DNA from: an uncultured Spirochaetota bacterium
Lineage (GTDB): Bacteria; Spirochaetota; Spirochaetia; SZUA-6; Fen-1364
Direction of reading: 5' to 3'
NCBI GenBank assembly: GCA_963845535.1
Contig: CAWJSK010000012.1
Coordinates: 96,001-160,000 of the forward strand
DNA: 64,000 nt
A model generated the notes under the pieces. The model ran no database searches and had not been told where the DNA came from. It saw only the letters and a program-made list of their open reading frames with translations. How positions within the stretch are numbered: position 1 is the stretch's first letter; every line of letters begins with the position of its first letter. Below, piece after piece: positions 19,962-29,780 of the stretch. A program made the translations under genes and the position numbers.

Positions 19962-21226
19962 AGCGAGCCTTCCTCCCCGCGGCCCTCGCGCTGAGCTGTC
20001 TCTTCGTGGTTGCCTGCGCTCCCCGCAACCCCGGGCCCGCTCCGGGCGACACCCCAATCCGCAAGGTCCTGCTGACTGTGCTGGCCGGGCAGTCCACCTC
20101 CGACGCCGGCATAGAAGAGATGATCAACGACCTGTTGAGGAGCCGCGACCCCGACGTGGAGCTGGAGTGGGAGCGCATGGACTGGGGGGAGCGATTCGAG
20201 GCCCAGATGCAGGCCAAGCTGGCCTCGGGCGAGGTCCCCGACATCATGGTCGGCAAGGCTCAGGACGTGGCGACGTATGTCCCTACGGGGAACATCGCTC
20301 CCGCGCCGGCTCCCCTCGTGCAGCACATCAGCCCCGTGGCCCTGCCCGCGGTCACCGTGAAGGGCCGCGTCTACGGCCTTCCGTATAACGCGTTCTACCA
20401 GGGAGTGTTCTACAACAAGGACCTCTTCGACCGCTATCACCTCCAGCTCCCGACCACGACACCCCAGCTTGCTTCTCTGGTGCGCACGTTCACTGCCACG
20501 CACATTACGCCGTTTGCCGCGCACTTCGAGGAGGACTGGTACGTCGGCAATATCGTAATGCAATTTGCCGTAGGCGATGTGTTCAGCCGCGAGCCGGACT
20601 GGGGAGACCGATTCCGCGCGTTCAAGGCTTCCTTCTCCGACTCCGCCGCCTTCCGCCGGGTGTTCACGACCGTACGGCAGGTCCGCGAGCACTCCTGGCC
20701 GGACGCCCTCTCCATCGGCCAGGCTGAGTGCGATGAGCGCTTCGCCAAGGGGGAGGCGGCGATGTATGTCAGCGGGTCCTGGACGCTGCAGACCATCAAC
20801 GCGGTGAATCCCCGGATGCACGTGGGCATCTTCCCCTTCCCGAACCAGGCGGGGGACGCCAAGCTGCTGTTCGAGCCGAACATGACGTTCATGAAGAGCT
20901 CCAAGAGCGAGCACGCGGACGCGGTGGACAAGGTGCTGCAGGCCGTCTTTGAGAGCAAGGACCTGGCATCCCAGATCTTCGACTACACCAAGACGTCCTC
21001 CCTGCTGAAAAACATCAGTCCCGAGGTCCCGCTGCTCATCCAGCCCGACATCGACCGTTACCTCCGCGCGGGACGCGTGACCGACGTGACCGGGGGCAAT
21101 ACTCAGCTCATCTGGTCGTTTCAGGAAAAGGTCGCCTCCCTGCTGCAGGACTGGCTGAGGGACAAAGCGAGCCTGCAGTCCGTCCTCGATTACGCGGATC
21201 AGAATCGAACCCTGAGCGCCCCGTAG
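19958..21226 (+). CDS. Carbohydrate ABC substrate-binding lipoprotein (paralog 1, coupled to the two-component system)
   Basis: Lipobox VVAC; family 1 SBP motifs; ATGA overlap with the regulator gene. Confidence 0.88.
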   Translation: MKRAFLPAALALSCLFVVACAPRNPGPAPGDTPIRKVLLTVLAGQSTSDAGIEEMINDLLRSRDPDVELEWERMDWGERFEAQMQAKLASGEVPDIMVGKAQDVATYVPTGNIAPAPAPLVQHISPVALPAVTVKGRVYGLPYNAFYQGVFYNKDLFDRYHLQLPTTTPQLASLVRTFTATHITPFAAHFEEDWYVGNIVMQFAVGDVFSREPDWGDRFRAFKASFSDSAAFRRVFTTVRQVREHSWPDALSIGQAECDERFAKGEAAMYVSGSWTLQTINAVNPRMHVGIFPFPNQAGDAKLLFEPNMTFMKSSKSEHADAVDKVLQAVFESKDLASQIFDYTKTSSLLKNISPEVPLLIQPDIDRYLRAGRVTDVTGGNTQLIWSFQEKVASLLQDWLRDKASLQSVLDYADQNRTLSAP

Positions 21227-21356
21227 GCGCGCTTTTTCCGTTTCTTTCCTCGTTTTTCAAATCCGTCCAACTCTTTTTTCCAGTTTTGTCCTACCAGCCA
21301 TTTCGTGAACCGCGGTAGGGTGGACCCGAGAGTCTATTCGCAAGGAGGTCATTCCG

Positions 21357-22625
21357 ATGAAGAACGCGCGTGTCCTTGGGGTTACGCTCGCCATCGCGTT
21401 GCTGGCGGCGCCGGCTTTCCTTTTCGCAGGGGGCCAGAAGGAGAACGCAGGCGGGCCTATCACGCTGAAGGTCCTCTGGGGCCAGTCCACGACGGATGCC
21501 GGCAGCGAGAAGCTGATCGACGCCGCCCTGGCCGCCAAGTACCCGAACATCAAGGTGGACTGGGACATCGGGGACTGGGGCAAGACGTTCCAGCCCAAGA
21601 TGCAGCAGTACATGCAGAGCGGCCTGCCCGACGTCATGATCGGCAAGGGACAGGACGTGCCCACCTGGGGCTCGCAGTCGGTCCTGGCCGACCTCAGCGG
21701 CAAGCCCTACCTGTCCAACGTGCTGCCCGCCGCGGTGCAGGCCGGGAGCATGAAGGGGAAAGTGTACGGCGTGGTGTTCAACGCGCTGTACCAGGGCGTG
21801 TACTACAACCGCAAGCTGTTCAAGGATAACGGGATCTCCATCCCGACCACGCAGGCGCAACTGGCGCAGGTGATTGCCAAGCTCAAGTCCCTGGGGATCA
21901 CCCCCTTTGCCTCCCACTACGTGGACACCTGGAGCATCGGCAACCAGACCATGCAGTTCGCCATCAACGGCGTCTTCGCCACGACGCCGGATTGGGGGGA
22001 TCAGTTCCGCGCGAGCAAGGTCAACTTCGCGGATTCCGCCGCGTGGAAAGCGGTATTCGGCTACAACAAGCTCATCTACGACAACACGTGGACCCAGGAG
22101 ACCTTCTCCCTCGAGGAGACACAGTGTGATGCTCGCCTGGTGCAGGGCAAGGCCGCGATGGACGTGTCCGGCTCGTGGTCCATCCAGAACTTCCTGGCGG
22201 TGGACCCGAACGCCGACTTCGGCGTTTTCCCCTTCCCCAACGAGGCCGGCAACTCCAAGCTCATCTTCGAACCGAACATCACAATCATGGTAAGCGCCAA
22301 GACCAGGAACATGGATGCGGTGGACAAGCTGATCAGCGTCATCACGGGTGACAAGGACCTGGCGCTGAAGATCTATAACCAGACCAAGACCGCCTCCATG
22401 CTGAAGGGCGTGACGCCGACGTTCACCAACCCGAGCCAGAGCGACATCGACGCCTACGCGTCCAAGGACATGATCGTGGACGCCGGAACTGGCAACAACC
22501 AGCTCGTGTGGGGCGGGTTCCAGGATGAGAACGCCAAGGACATCGCCTCCTGGCTGCAAGGGCAGGAAACACTCGACCAGGCTCTTGCGGCCGCGGATTC
22601 CCGGAGGGCAGCCAGCCGGCCGTAG
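21357..22625 (+). CDS. Carbohydrate ABC substrate-binding protein (paralog 2)
   Basis: Signal peptide followed by AGGQKE; family 1 SBP; strong RBS AGGAGG. Confidence 0.9.
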   Translation: MKNARVLGVTLAIALLAAPAFLFAGGQKENAGGPITLKVLWGQSTTDAGSEKLIDAALAAKYPNIKVDWDIGDWGKTFQPKMQQYMQSGLPDVMIGKGQDVPTWGSQSVLADLSGKPYLSNVLPAAVQAGSMKGKVYGVVFNALYQGVYYNRKLFKDNGISIPTTQAQLAQVIAKLKSLGITPFASHYVDTWSIGNQTMQFAINGVFATTPDWGDQFRASKVNFADSAAWKAVFGYNKLIYDNTWTQETFSLEETQCDARLVQGKAAMDVSGSWSIQNFLAVDPNADFGVFPFPNEAGNSKLIFEPNITIMVSAKTRNMDAVDKLISVITGDKDLALKIYNQTKTASMLKGVTPTFTNPSQSDIDAYASKDMIVDAGTGNNQLVWGGFQDENAKDIASWLQGQETLDQALAAADSRRAASRP

Positions 22626-22640
22626 CCGAGCTGGATCAAG

Positions 22641-22668
22641 CCCGGGGAAGGCGCTGGCCTTCCCCGGG
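22641..22668 (+). terminator. Intercistronic stem-loop between SBP and permease genes
   Basis: CCCGGGGAAGGC / GCCTTCCCCGGG perfect 12-bp stem with a 4-nt loop and weak U tract; more likely an mRNA stabiliser or partial terminator. Confidence 0.6.
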
Positions 22669-22695
22669 TCTTGTCAAGATGAGGCGTGAAGGAAG

Positions 22696-23577
22696 ATGAG
22701 CAACCCCTCGGTGGGCCGGAAGATTCGGATACAGTACGCAACTCTTGTGGCGCCGGGGATGCTGGTGTTCACGGTCGGCCTGATCGTCCCCATGCTCCTC
22801 GGGCTGCGATACTCGCTGACGAGCTGGAACGGGTTTACGCGGAACCTTCCGTGGGTCGGGCTGGGCAACTACGTGAAGATCCTGCATGATCCCTACGCGC
22901 TGGACGCCTGGTGGTTCACGCTCAAGTTCGCGTTCTGGAACACCGTCGTCCAGAACGTGCTGGCCCTGGCGTTCGCGGTGGTGCTCGACAGCGAGATCAA
23001 GGCACGCAAAGTCTATCGCACCATCCTTTTCGTTCCCTGCCTGGTCAGCCCGGTGATCGTGGGGTTCGTCTGGCTTCGCATGTTCTCCAACGTGCTGCCG
23101 GCCATCAACTCGGCTCTCGGGACGAACATCAACTTCCTGCTCCTGGGCAACGCCCGTTCCGTGCTGTCGGGTCTCCTCGTGGCCAATAACTGGCAGTGGA
23201 TTGGCTACTGGATGATCATATACCTCGCGGCCCTGCAGTCGATTCCCCGGGAGCTGTACGAGGCGGCCCACGTGGACGGCGCTTCCTGGACGCGGAGGTT
23301 CTTCGGCATCACGGTCCCGATGCTGGCGCCGGCCTTCACGATCTGCATCGTGGGCATAACCATCGGATCGCTCAAGGTCTACGAGCTCATCGTATCCTCC
23401 ACGGGGGGCGGGCCCGGCCGGGCCTCGACCTCCATCGTCTACCAGATCTACAACACGGCCATCAGCGGCAGGCAGTACGGCTATGGCTCGGCGCTATCCA
23501 TGACGCTGGTCGTCGTTTTGCTGATCGTGGCGGTCATACAAGTGTCCGTGCTGCGCAAGCGTGAGGTGCAGCTCTAA
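22696..23577 (+). CDS. Carbohydrate ABC permease
   Basis: Multiple TM segments; EAA motif ELYEAAHVDGAS. Confidence 0.92.
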   Translation: MSNPSVGRKIRIQYATLVAPGMLVFTVGLIVPMLLGLRYSLTSWNGFTRNLPWVGLGNYVKILHDPYALDAWWFTLKFAFWNTVVQNVLALAFAVVLDSEIKARKVYRTILFVPCLVSPVIVGFVWLRMFSNVLPAINSALGTNINFLLLGNARSVLSGLLVANNWQWIGYWMIIYLAALQSIPRELYEAAHVDGASWTRRFFGITVPMLAPAFTICIVGITIGSLKVYELIVSSTGGGPGRASTSIVYQIYNTAISGRQYGYGSALSMTLVVVLLIVAVIQVSVLRKREVQL

Positions 23578-24431
23578 TGCACGCCTTCCGTCGCGCCGGC
23601 GCCGTACAACGGACCGTCGGCCAGGTCTTCGCCCAGCTCGCCGTGGCCATCGTGGCGGCCGTGTTCCTCCTCCCGCTTCTGATCGTCGTGGGCTATTCGT
23701 TCAAGACGACCCGGGAGCTGTACCTCGGCAGCCCTCTTTCCCTCCCGCAGAGCCTCAACTGGGAGAACTACGCCAACGCCCTGTACCGCCTGAACATGGG
23801 CACGAGCTTCCTCAACACCCTGTTCTATACCGGGGTGTCCGTGCTGATCCTCGCGGTCTTTGCAGGGGCGGCTTCCTGGGCCATCGCGCGTAACCGCGGA
23901 CGTTTCTTCAAGTTCTCCTACATTTACTTCATTATCGGGATCCTCATCCCCTACCAGGCGCTGTTCCTTCCGATCTATATCATTGGCTACTCCTTGCACC
24001 TGACCAACACCGCGTACGGCGTTATCCTCATGTACGTGGCAACGGGCATGTCCTTCGGCGTGTTCCTCATGACGAGCTTCATGTCCACCGTGCCGGTGGA
24101 GCTGGAGGAAGCCGCCCGCGTGGACGGCAGCTCGTTGTACCGCACGTTCTTCAGCATCGTGATCCCGCTTTTGAGGCCGGCCATGGCCACGCTGATCATC
24201 ATGGAGTCCTTCCTGATCTGGAACGACTACCTCATGGCCAGTCTCTACGTGAGCACGGGCCGGCTGCGCACGCTCACCGTGGCCATCCAGTCCCTGTTCT
24301 CGCAGCAGACCAATGACTACACGTCGGCCATGTCTGCCATCGTGATCTCCGTGCTCCCCATTGCCACGTTGTTCGTCGCGCTGCAGCGATACTTCATCAA
24401 GGGCATGACCGTCGGCGCCCTGAAGGGGTGA
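23577..24431 (+). CDS. Carbohydrate ABC permease
   Basis: ELEEAARVDG, WNDYL, QRYFIKGMTVGALKG. Confidence 0.92.
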   Translation: MHAFRRAGAVQRTVGQVFAQLAVAIVAAVFLLPLLIVVGYSFKTTRELYLGSPLSLPQSLNWENYANALYRLNMGTSFLNTLFYTGVSVLILAVFAGAASWAIARNRGRFFKFSYIYFIIGILIPYQALFLPIYIIGYSLHLTNTAYGVILMYVATGMSFGVFLMTSFMSTVPVELEEAARVDGSSLYRTFFSIVIPLLRPAMATLIIMESFLIWNDYLMASLYVSTGRLRTLTVAIQSLFSQQTNDYTSAMSAIVISVLPIATLFVALQRYFIKGMTVGALKG

Positions 24432-24446
24432 TCCCGTCATGCGCGC

Positions 24447-26552
24447 ATGTCCAGGGGAGGAGCGGTGACTATCGAGTGCAACGAGAACGGGATTTTCCTG
24501 ACGGTCCAGGTGACCGACGAGGGCGATGTCCGCCTGCTCTCGCTGTCGGCGCATCCGCAGTCGCGTCCGCCTTCGCAGCCGCCCGCAGAGAGCAGCGCCC
24601 GCGCTTTTCGACTGGTTGAGGTGCACGAATCGGGCCAGAATCAGAACGATCACCACGGCAGCAAGCACACGGGCTCCAGCCCCGGCTCGCTCCTTCGGTA
24701 CGTGAGCTCCCGTGACACCCGCAACCGGTTCGGCAGGAAGTTGGAGATCACGCAGCAACACGACGGGCTGCTGGTAACCAGCCATCTGCAGCTCTTCGAC
24801 GGGATTCCCGTGGTCCGAAGCTGGACCGAGCTTGAGAACCAGGGGGAGCGGGAGCGGCCTATAGAGTACATCAGCTCCTTTGCGCTGACGGGGCTCTCCC
24901 GCGGCGCTCGCGGACCTCGGGACCGTGACGCCGTGGTGCGCATTCCGCACAGCACGTGGTACGGGGAAGCCCAGTGGCGCTCGTACACTCTCGCCGAGCT
25001 GGGCTACCTCGCGGTGAACCGATTCTCGATGAAGCGCATCTCCTGCACAAGCACGGGGACATGGCCGGCGTCCGAGCACCTGCCCATGGGCAGCTACGAG
25101 AACACCGACCTCGGACAGACGCTCACCTGGCAGATCGAGACCCACGCCTCCTGGCACTGGGAGCTCAGCGACATCGCCGGCGAGCTGTACATTCAGCTCT
25201 CGGGTCCCACCTACCAGGAGAACGCGTTCCTCCGCCGGCTGCGCACGGGCGAGCGCTTCCTGTCTGAGCCCTGCGCCGTCGTGGTGGTGCAGGGCGGATT
25301 CGAGCGCTCGATCCAGGAGCTGACTCGGTATCGACGCGCCATCCGCCGGCCCAACGATGACAACGAGCATCCCACCGTCATCTTCAACGACTACATGAAC
25401 TGCCTCTCCGGCGACCCGACCACGGAGAAGCTCCTCCCGCTCATTGACGCCGCCGCCCGGGCCGGCTGCCGTTACTTCTGCATTGATGCCGGCTGGTACG
25501 CGGACGGCGCCTGGTGGGACGGCGTCGGGGAGTGGCTGCCTTCGAAGGCCCGGTTTCCGGGCGGGATCCAGGAGCCGCTGGCTTACATCCGCAAAAAAGA
25601 GATGATCCCCGGCCTGTGGCTGGAGCTGGAGGTCATGGGGATCCGCTGTCCCCTGGTGGAGCGCGTTCCCAAGGACTGGTTCTTCCAGCGCAACGGCCGG
25701 CCGGTCATCGATGAGGGACGCTACCAGCTCGACTTTCGCCATCCCGGCGTGCGTGACCACGCGGACAGCGTGGTGCGCCGTCTCGTGGAGGAGTGGGGGG
25801 TCGGCTACATCAAGATGGACTACAACATCAACGCGGGACCCGGGACCGAACGGGACGCCGACAGCGCGGGCGACGGCTTGCTGCGGCACACGCGCGCCTA
25901 CCTCGACTGGCTGGACAGCGTGTTTGCCCGCTACCCCTCGCTGGTGGTGGAAAACTGCTCCAGCGGCGGCATGCGGATGACCTGGTCGCTGCTCTCTCGT
26001 CACAGCATCCAGTCCGTGACCGACCAGACCGACTACCGCCTGATGGCCGCAATCGCGGCCAACTGCCCCACTGCCCTGCCCCCTGAGCAGGCGGCCATCT
26101 GGTCATACCCGCTGCGCGACGGCACCGTGGAGGAGACCATCTTCAACATGGTGAGCGCGGTCCTGCTTCGCATCCACCAGAGCGGGCACCTGGCCGAGCT
26201 TTCCGAAGAACGCCGGCAGTTCGTCCACGAAGGAATCGCCTATCACAAGGGCATCTGCGAACGGTTGAACCGGGGCGTACCGTTCTGGCCGCTGGGGCTC
26301 GCAAGCATGGCCGACGAGCACATGAGCCTTGGAATCGACTGCGGCAGCACGCTCTACGTGGCAGTATGGCGGACGGAAGGCAAGGAGAAGGCGGTAGACC
26401 TTCCAATCCGGCAGGCGGCCGGCAAGCGGTCAAAGGCGCGCTGCGCCTTTCCAAGGGACAGGGCTCCCGCTTTCGATTGGAATGAAAGAGAAGCGATCCT
26501 GCACGTAGCGCTCGCCGACGGCAGTGCCCGTATCTTCGAAATCACAACGTGA
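24447..26552 (+). CDS. Glycoside hydrolase family 36 (alpha-galactosidase-like)
   Basis: FNDYMN, FCIDAGW, GLWLELE, YIKMDYN, ENCSSGGMR. Confidence 0.88.
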   Translation: MSRGGAVTIECNENGIFLTVQVTDEGDVRLLSLSAHPQSRPPSQPPAESSARAFRLVEVHESGQNQNDHHGSKHTGSSPGSLLRYVSSRDTRNRFGRKLEITQQHDGLLVTSHLQLFDGIPVVRSWTELENQGERERPIEYISSFALTGLSRGARGPRDRDAVVRIPHSTWYGEAQWRSYTLAELGYLAVNRFSMKRISCTSTGTWPASEHLPMGSYENTDLGQTLTWQIETHASWHWELSDIAGELYIQLSGPTYQENAFLRRLRTGERFLSEPCAVVVVQGGFERSIQELTRYRRAIRRPNDDNEHPTVIFNDYMNCLSGDPTTEKLLPLIDAAARAGCRYFCIDAGWYADGAWWDGVGEWLPSKARFPGGIQEPLAYIRKKEMIPGLWLELEVMGIRCPLVERVPKDWFFQRNGRPVIDEGRYQLDFRHPGVRDHADSVVRRLVEEWGVGYIKMDYNINAGPGTERDADSAGDGLLRHTRAYLDWLDSVFARYPSLVVENCSSGGMRMTWSLLSRHSIQSVTDQTDYRLMAAIAANCPTALPPEQAAIWSYPLRDGTVEETIFNMVSAVLLRIHQSGHLAELSEERRQFVHEGIAYHKGICERLNRGVPFWPLGLASMADEHMSLGIDCGSTLYVAVWRTEGKEKAVDLPIRQAAGKRSKARCAFPRDRAPAFDWNEREAILHVALADGSARIFEITT

Positions 26553-26571
26553 CCAACGCACAACCCGGCAA

Positions 26572-26600
26572 TTGACGAAGGCAAGCTTCACTGGTAGATT
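26572..26600 (+). promoter_or_regulatory. Sigma70-like promoter for fluoride riboswitch 1
   Basis: TTGACG, 17 bp, TAGATT ending 5 nt before the aptamer. Confidence 0.7.
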
Positions 26601-26605
26601 TTTCA

Positions 26606-26650
26606 GGGCGATGGAGTTCACCCTAACTGCTGCAAGGCTGATAACTCCTA
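26606..26650 (+). ncRNA. Fluoride riboswitch (crcB motif) copy 1
   Basis: GGGCGATGGAGTTCACCC-TAACTGC-TGCAAG-GCTGATAACTCCTA matches the GGNGAUGGNGUYCNCC...AACYGC...GCUGAUGACUCCUA consensus; pseudoknot GGAGTT/AACTCC; one C-A mismatch in P1. Confidence 0.85.
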
Positions 26651-26695
26651 ATCCAAGAACGCCGCTTCGTGCGCACCGTGCACGGAGGTTACTTC

Positions 26696-27037
26696 ATGCG
26701 TCGGAAAATCGTTATCAGCCCGCGCCAGGATGAGGTCAAAGAAGAGCAGATGCGGCCCAGCAGGTTCCTGGGATATGACAGGGATTCGCTGGGAATGTAC
26801 GCCCTGGGAAGGGAGATGTTCGAGGTCGCCGAATCCCAGTTTCGGCGGGCGGCATACCTTAACCCGTTCGAAGCCCGATTCAAGCAGCACCTCGCATGGT
26901 GCCTGTACAAACAGGAGAATTATCCGGAAGCAAAGAGGTGCATCATCGAGGCCCTCCGTCAGGATCCGCACGACAAGGACAGCAGCCATATCCTGTTGAA
27001 AATCGAAGAGAAAATGGCGTCCGGTCAGACCAGGTGA
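26696..27037 (+). CDS. Small TPR-repeat protein
   Basis: TPR-like helices (AESQFRRAAYLNP; LAWCLYKQENYPEAKRCIIEALRQDP); RBS GGAGG before ATG 26696. Confidence 0.8.
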   Translation: MRRKIVISPRQDEVKEEQMRPSRFLGYDRDSLGMYALGREMFEVAESQFRRAAYLNPFEARFKQHLAWCLYKQENYPEAKRCIIEALRQDPHDKDSSHILLKIEEKMASGQTR

Positions 27038-27648
27038 CCAGACTTCTTCTCGTACGTCACGGGCAGACGGATTGGAACGTGGAGGAGCGATTTCGAGGCC
27101 GGCTTGACGTTCCGCTGAACGAAACCGGAATCCGCCAGGCGCTGTACACCGGGTTGCGTATCGCCGCCCGGTGGAAGCCGGCAACCCTCTATTCGAGCCC
27201 GCTCTCTCGGGCCGTGAGCACGGCCGAGGCCATCGCGGAAGCGGCCTCTTTGAAGGTCGAAGTGCTCCCCGCGCTTATCGACATGGATTTCGGTCAATGG
27301 CAGGGCCTCTCGCCAGATGAGGTTCGCGTCCAGTGGCCGGATCTGCTTTCCGCCTGGCATTCGTCTCCCCATACGGTCCACATGCCGGGTGGAGAGTCAC
27401 TGGATGACGTACGGCAACGCTGCCTCACGGCGCTTGGGATCATCGCCTCGCGTCACCACGGGCAGACAGTGGTTGCCGTGGCGCATACCGACTTCAATCG
27501 AGTAATGCTCCTGGTTGTCCTTGGGCTGGGAAACGATCGACTCTGGCACCTGAGGCAGGACACGTGCGCGATCAACGAGATAGAGATGGAAAATAACGAC
27601 TTCACGCTCGTTACGTTGAACGATACGTCGCATCTTCCCGCCTCTTGA
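27034..27648 (+). CDS. Histidine phosphatase / phosphoglycerate mutase family protein
   Basis: LVRHGQT, SSPLSRA, DFGQWQG, PGGES, VAH; GTGA overlap with the TPR gene. Confidence 0.9.
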   Translation: MTRLLLVRHGQTDWNVEERFRGRLDVPLNETGIRQALYTGLRIAARWKPATLYSSPLSRAVSTAEAIAEAASLKVEVLPALIDMDFGQWQGLSPDEVRVQWPDLLSAWHSSPHTVHMPGGESLDDVRQRCLTALGIIASRHHGQTVVAVAHTDFNRVMLLVVLGLGNDRLWHLRQDTCAINEIEMENNDFTLVTLNDTSHLPAS

Positions 27649-27680
27649 TGGCTCGCCTGGCAAGCGTATATATTTGGAAA

Positions 27681-27730
27681 CGGAGATGGCATTCCTCCGC
27701 GAAACCGCCCCTACTGGCTGATGATGCCTG
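27681..27730 (+). ncRNA. Fluoride riboswitch (crcB motif) copy 2
   Basis: CGGAGATGGCATTCCTCCG-CGAAACCGCC-CCTACT-GGCTGATGATGCCT is a near-canonical crcB aptamer; TTGATG (27645) and a TATATATT -10 region lie upstream. Confidence 0.92.
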
Positions 27731-27794
27731 AGCACAAAGCGAGCCGGTGGACGCCGCTCTTGCCCGCCGGCACCAGGGAGAATGGAGGGGTGAG

Positions 27795-29780
27795 ATGCCA
27801 TTCAGTGAAAATCACAGACGTTACTTGCTTGCCAAGTTCATCCACATAGACAAGCAGCTCGCGTCGGCCACGGCAAATCTGAGCCCGCTGAATGATGACC
27901 TGCTGTTTCCTCCTTGCCTGCCTGATGCCACGCCCACCCAGCGGAAGGTCATCGCTGACTACGTGGCCTCCTTCCGCGGTATCGCGCGGCAATTTCTCGA
28001 ATCGGGAGGAATCGCCTTGGAAAGCCCAACAATGGGAAGCCTCAGGTCATTCCGTCTGGCCCTCGACGCCGTTTGGATCGCGCTCGCGGAAATGGAGCCC
28101 AAACGCCTCGCCGCCTACGGCCCCCTGGATGCGGATGCCGCCGAGGAGACCAGGCGAGCGCAGGTGAAATTGCTATCCATCCTGCGCCAACTCTCGGAGC
28201 AGGTGGAAAAGAGCCTCGACAGCGACGTGGCGCACGTTTTCCCCATGATTTTCTGCAGCGTGCTTACCAGAAAAACCGATGGCAGCATCACACAAGAAAA
28301 CACCGAGGCGCCACAGTTCTTCATTGATCTGAACCTGGATCAGATTGTAGAGGCAATTACTGCCACAAAGCAGGAATACAACCTGAAGCCGTATTATTAC
28401 GCCCCGCTCCATGACGTTGATGCAATTCTGTACCGCCAGGAAATAATGCAGGACATCGAGAACAAGCCCCTCTTTGAGAAGATAGAGTCGTTTGCGCAGA
28501 AGATGCGGACCATGCGCCAGCATTTTGCCCAGGCAGACAAGCTGCATTACAAGTACCAAAAAGAAAAATGGTTCCTGGACGCGGTTGAGATTTACTGCGA
28601 AGCCGTATGGTGCCTGACGCGCGACCTGTCCCTCCTCGAGCTCAAATCCCGCGGGCTCCTGGCCTTCCGCGAGTACGTAGCTGGATATGTGTCGTCAGAA
28701 GCCTTTCGCTCCCTCCAGGCGCAGATAAAAAAGCTTCAGACCGACCTGTCTTCAGTGCGCTACAGCGTTCAGGTGAGGGGCAACCACGTGAGAGTTCGCG
28801 CCTACGAATCTGAAATGGATTACAGCGCCGACGTGGAAAAAACATTTGAGAAGTTCAAACAGGGCGCAGGAAAAGATTACCTGGCCAAGTTCCGAGACGG
28901 AAATGACATGAATCACATAGAGGCGCAAGTTTTGGACTTGGTGGCCCGGTTACATCCGGAGATATTTCAGGACCTCAGCGATTTTGGAGTACGGAACGCC
29001 GGCCACCTGGATGAAACGATCGCCGTTTTTGACCGGGAAGTGCAATTCTACATGGCGTACTTGGAAATCATGGCAGGCTTGAAGCACAGAGGACTGCAAT
29101 TCTGCTATCCCGGCGTTTCCGACACGCGCAAAGAAGTCGAAAGCGTTGAATGCTTCGACTTGGCCCTGGCACGCAAGCTTGCCGCCGAAGATTCCTCCCC
29201 GGTTTGCAACGACTTTTCCTTGAGCGGTAAAGAGCGGGTTTTCGTTGTGTCGGGTCCGAATCAAGGCGGTAAGACGACGTTCGCGCGCACCTACGGGCAG
29301 ATGCACTACCTTGCAAGCCTTGGGTGCGCTGTCCAAGGCCGGGAAGCGCGACTTTTCCTTTTTGACCGGCTATTCACCCATTTTGAGAAGGAAGAAGACA
29401 TCCGGAATCTGAGGGGAAAGCTCGAAGATGACCTTGTCCGGATTCACCAGATCCTTGCCCAGGCCACTTCGAACAGCATCATCATCATGAATGAGATCTT
29501 CAATTCCACGACCCTCAAAGACGCCGTCTTCCTCGGTAGGAAGGTGATGGAGAGAATACTCCAGCAGGATTCGTTGTGCGTTTGCGTGACGTTCCTTGAC
29601 GAGCTTTCCACGATGAACGAAAAAACGGTCAGCATGGTCAGCGCCGTCGACCCCGAAAACCCGGCAGTTCGGACATACAAAGTCGTGCGCAAGCGCGCGG
29701 ACGGGCTGGCATACGCGATATCACTCGCAGAAAAATACCGGCTGACCTACGATTTCCTGAGGGAACGAATACCGTCATGA
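27795..29780 (+). CDS. MutS-related (domain V) ATPase A with a roughly 150-aa N-terminal extension
   Basis: SGPNQGGKTT Walker A, FTHFEKEED, GKLEDDL, MNEIFNST, VTFLDEL; no mismatch-recognition domain; the MutS-like part begins near MIFCSVL (28245). Confidence 0.85.
   Translation: MPFSENHRRYLLAKFIHIDKQLASATANLSPLNDDLLFPPCLPDATPTQRKVIADYVASFRGIARQFLESGGIALESPTMGSLRSFRLALDAVWIALAEMEPKRLAAYGPLDADAAEETRRAQVKLLSILRQLSEQVEKSLDSDVAHVFPMIFCSVLTRKTDGSITQENTEAPQFFIDLNLDQIVEAITATKQEYNLKPYYYAPLHDVDAILYRQEIMQDIENKPLFEKIESFAQKMRTMRQHFAQADKLHYKYQKEKWFLDAVEIYCEAVWCLTRDLSLLELKSRGLLAFREYVAGYVSSEAFRSLQAQIKKLQTDLSSVRYSVQVRGNHVRVRAYESEMDYSADVEKTFEKFKQGAGKDYLAKFRDGNDMNHIEAQVLDLVARLHPEIFQDLSDFGVRNAGHLDETIAVFDREVQFYMAYLEIMAGLKHRGLQFCYPGVSDTRKEVESVECFDLALARKLAAEDSSPVCNDFSLSGKERVFVVSGPNQGGKTTFARTYGQMHYLASLGCAVQGREARLFLFDRLFTHFEKEEDIRNLRGKLEDDLVRIHQILAQATSNSIIIMNEIFNSTTLKDAVFLGRKVMERILQQDSLCVCVTFLDELSTMNEKTVSMVSAVDPENPAVRTYKVVRKRADGLAYAISLAEKYRLTYDFLRERIPS

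Noticed and set aside
23574..26003. 809-aa minus-strand ORF, and similar long antisense ORFs (16648-18222, 35348-37573, 51789-53357)
   Set aside because: Shadow ORFs opposite well-supported genes, expected from high GC3 codon bias; no recognisable motifs
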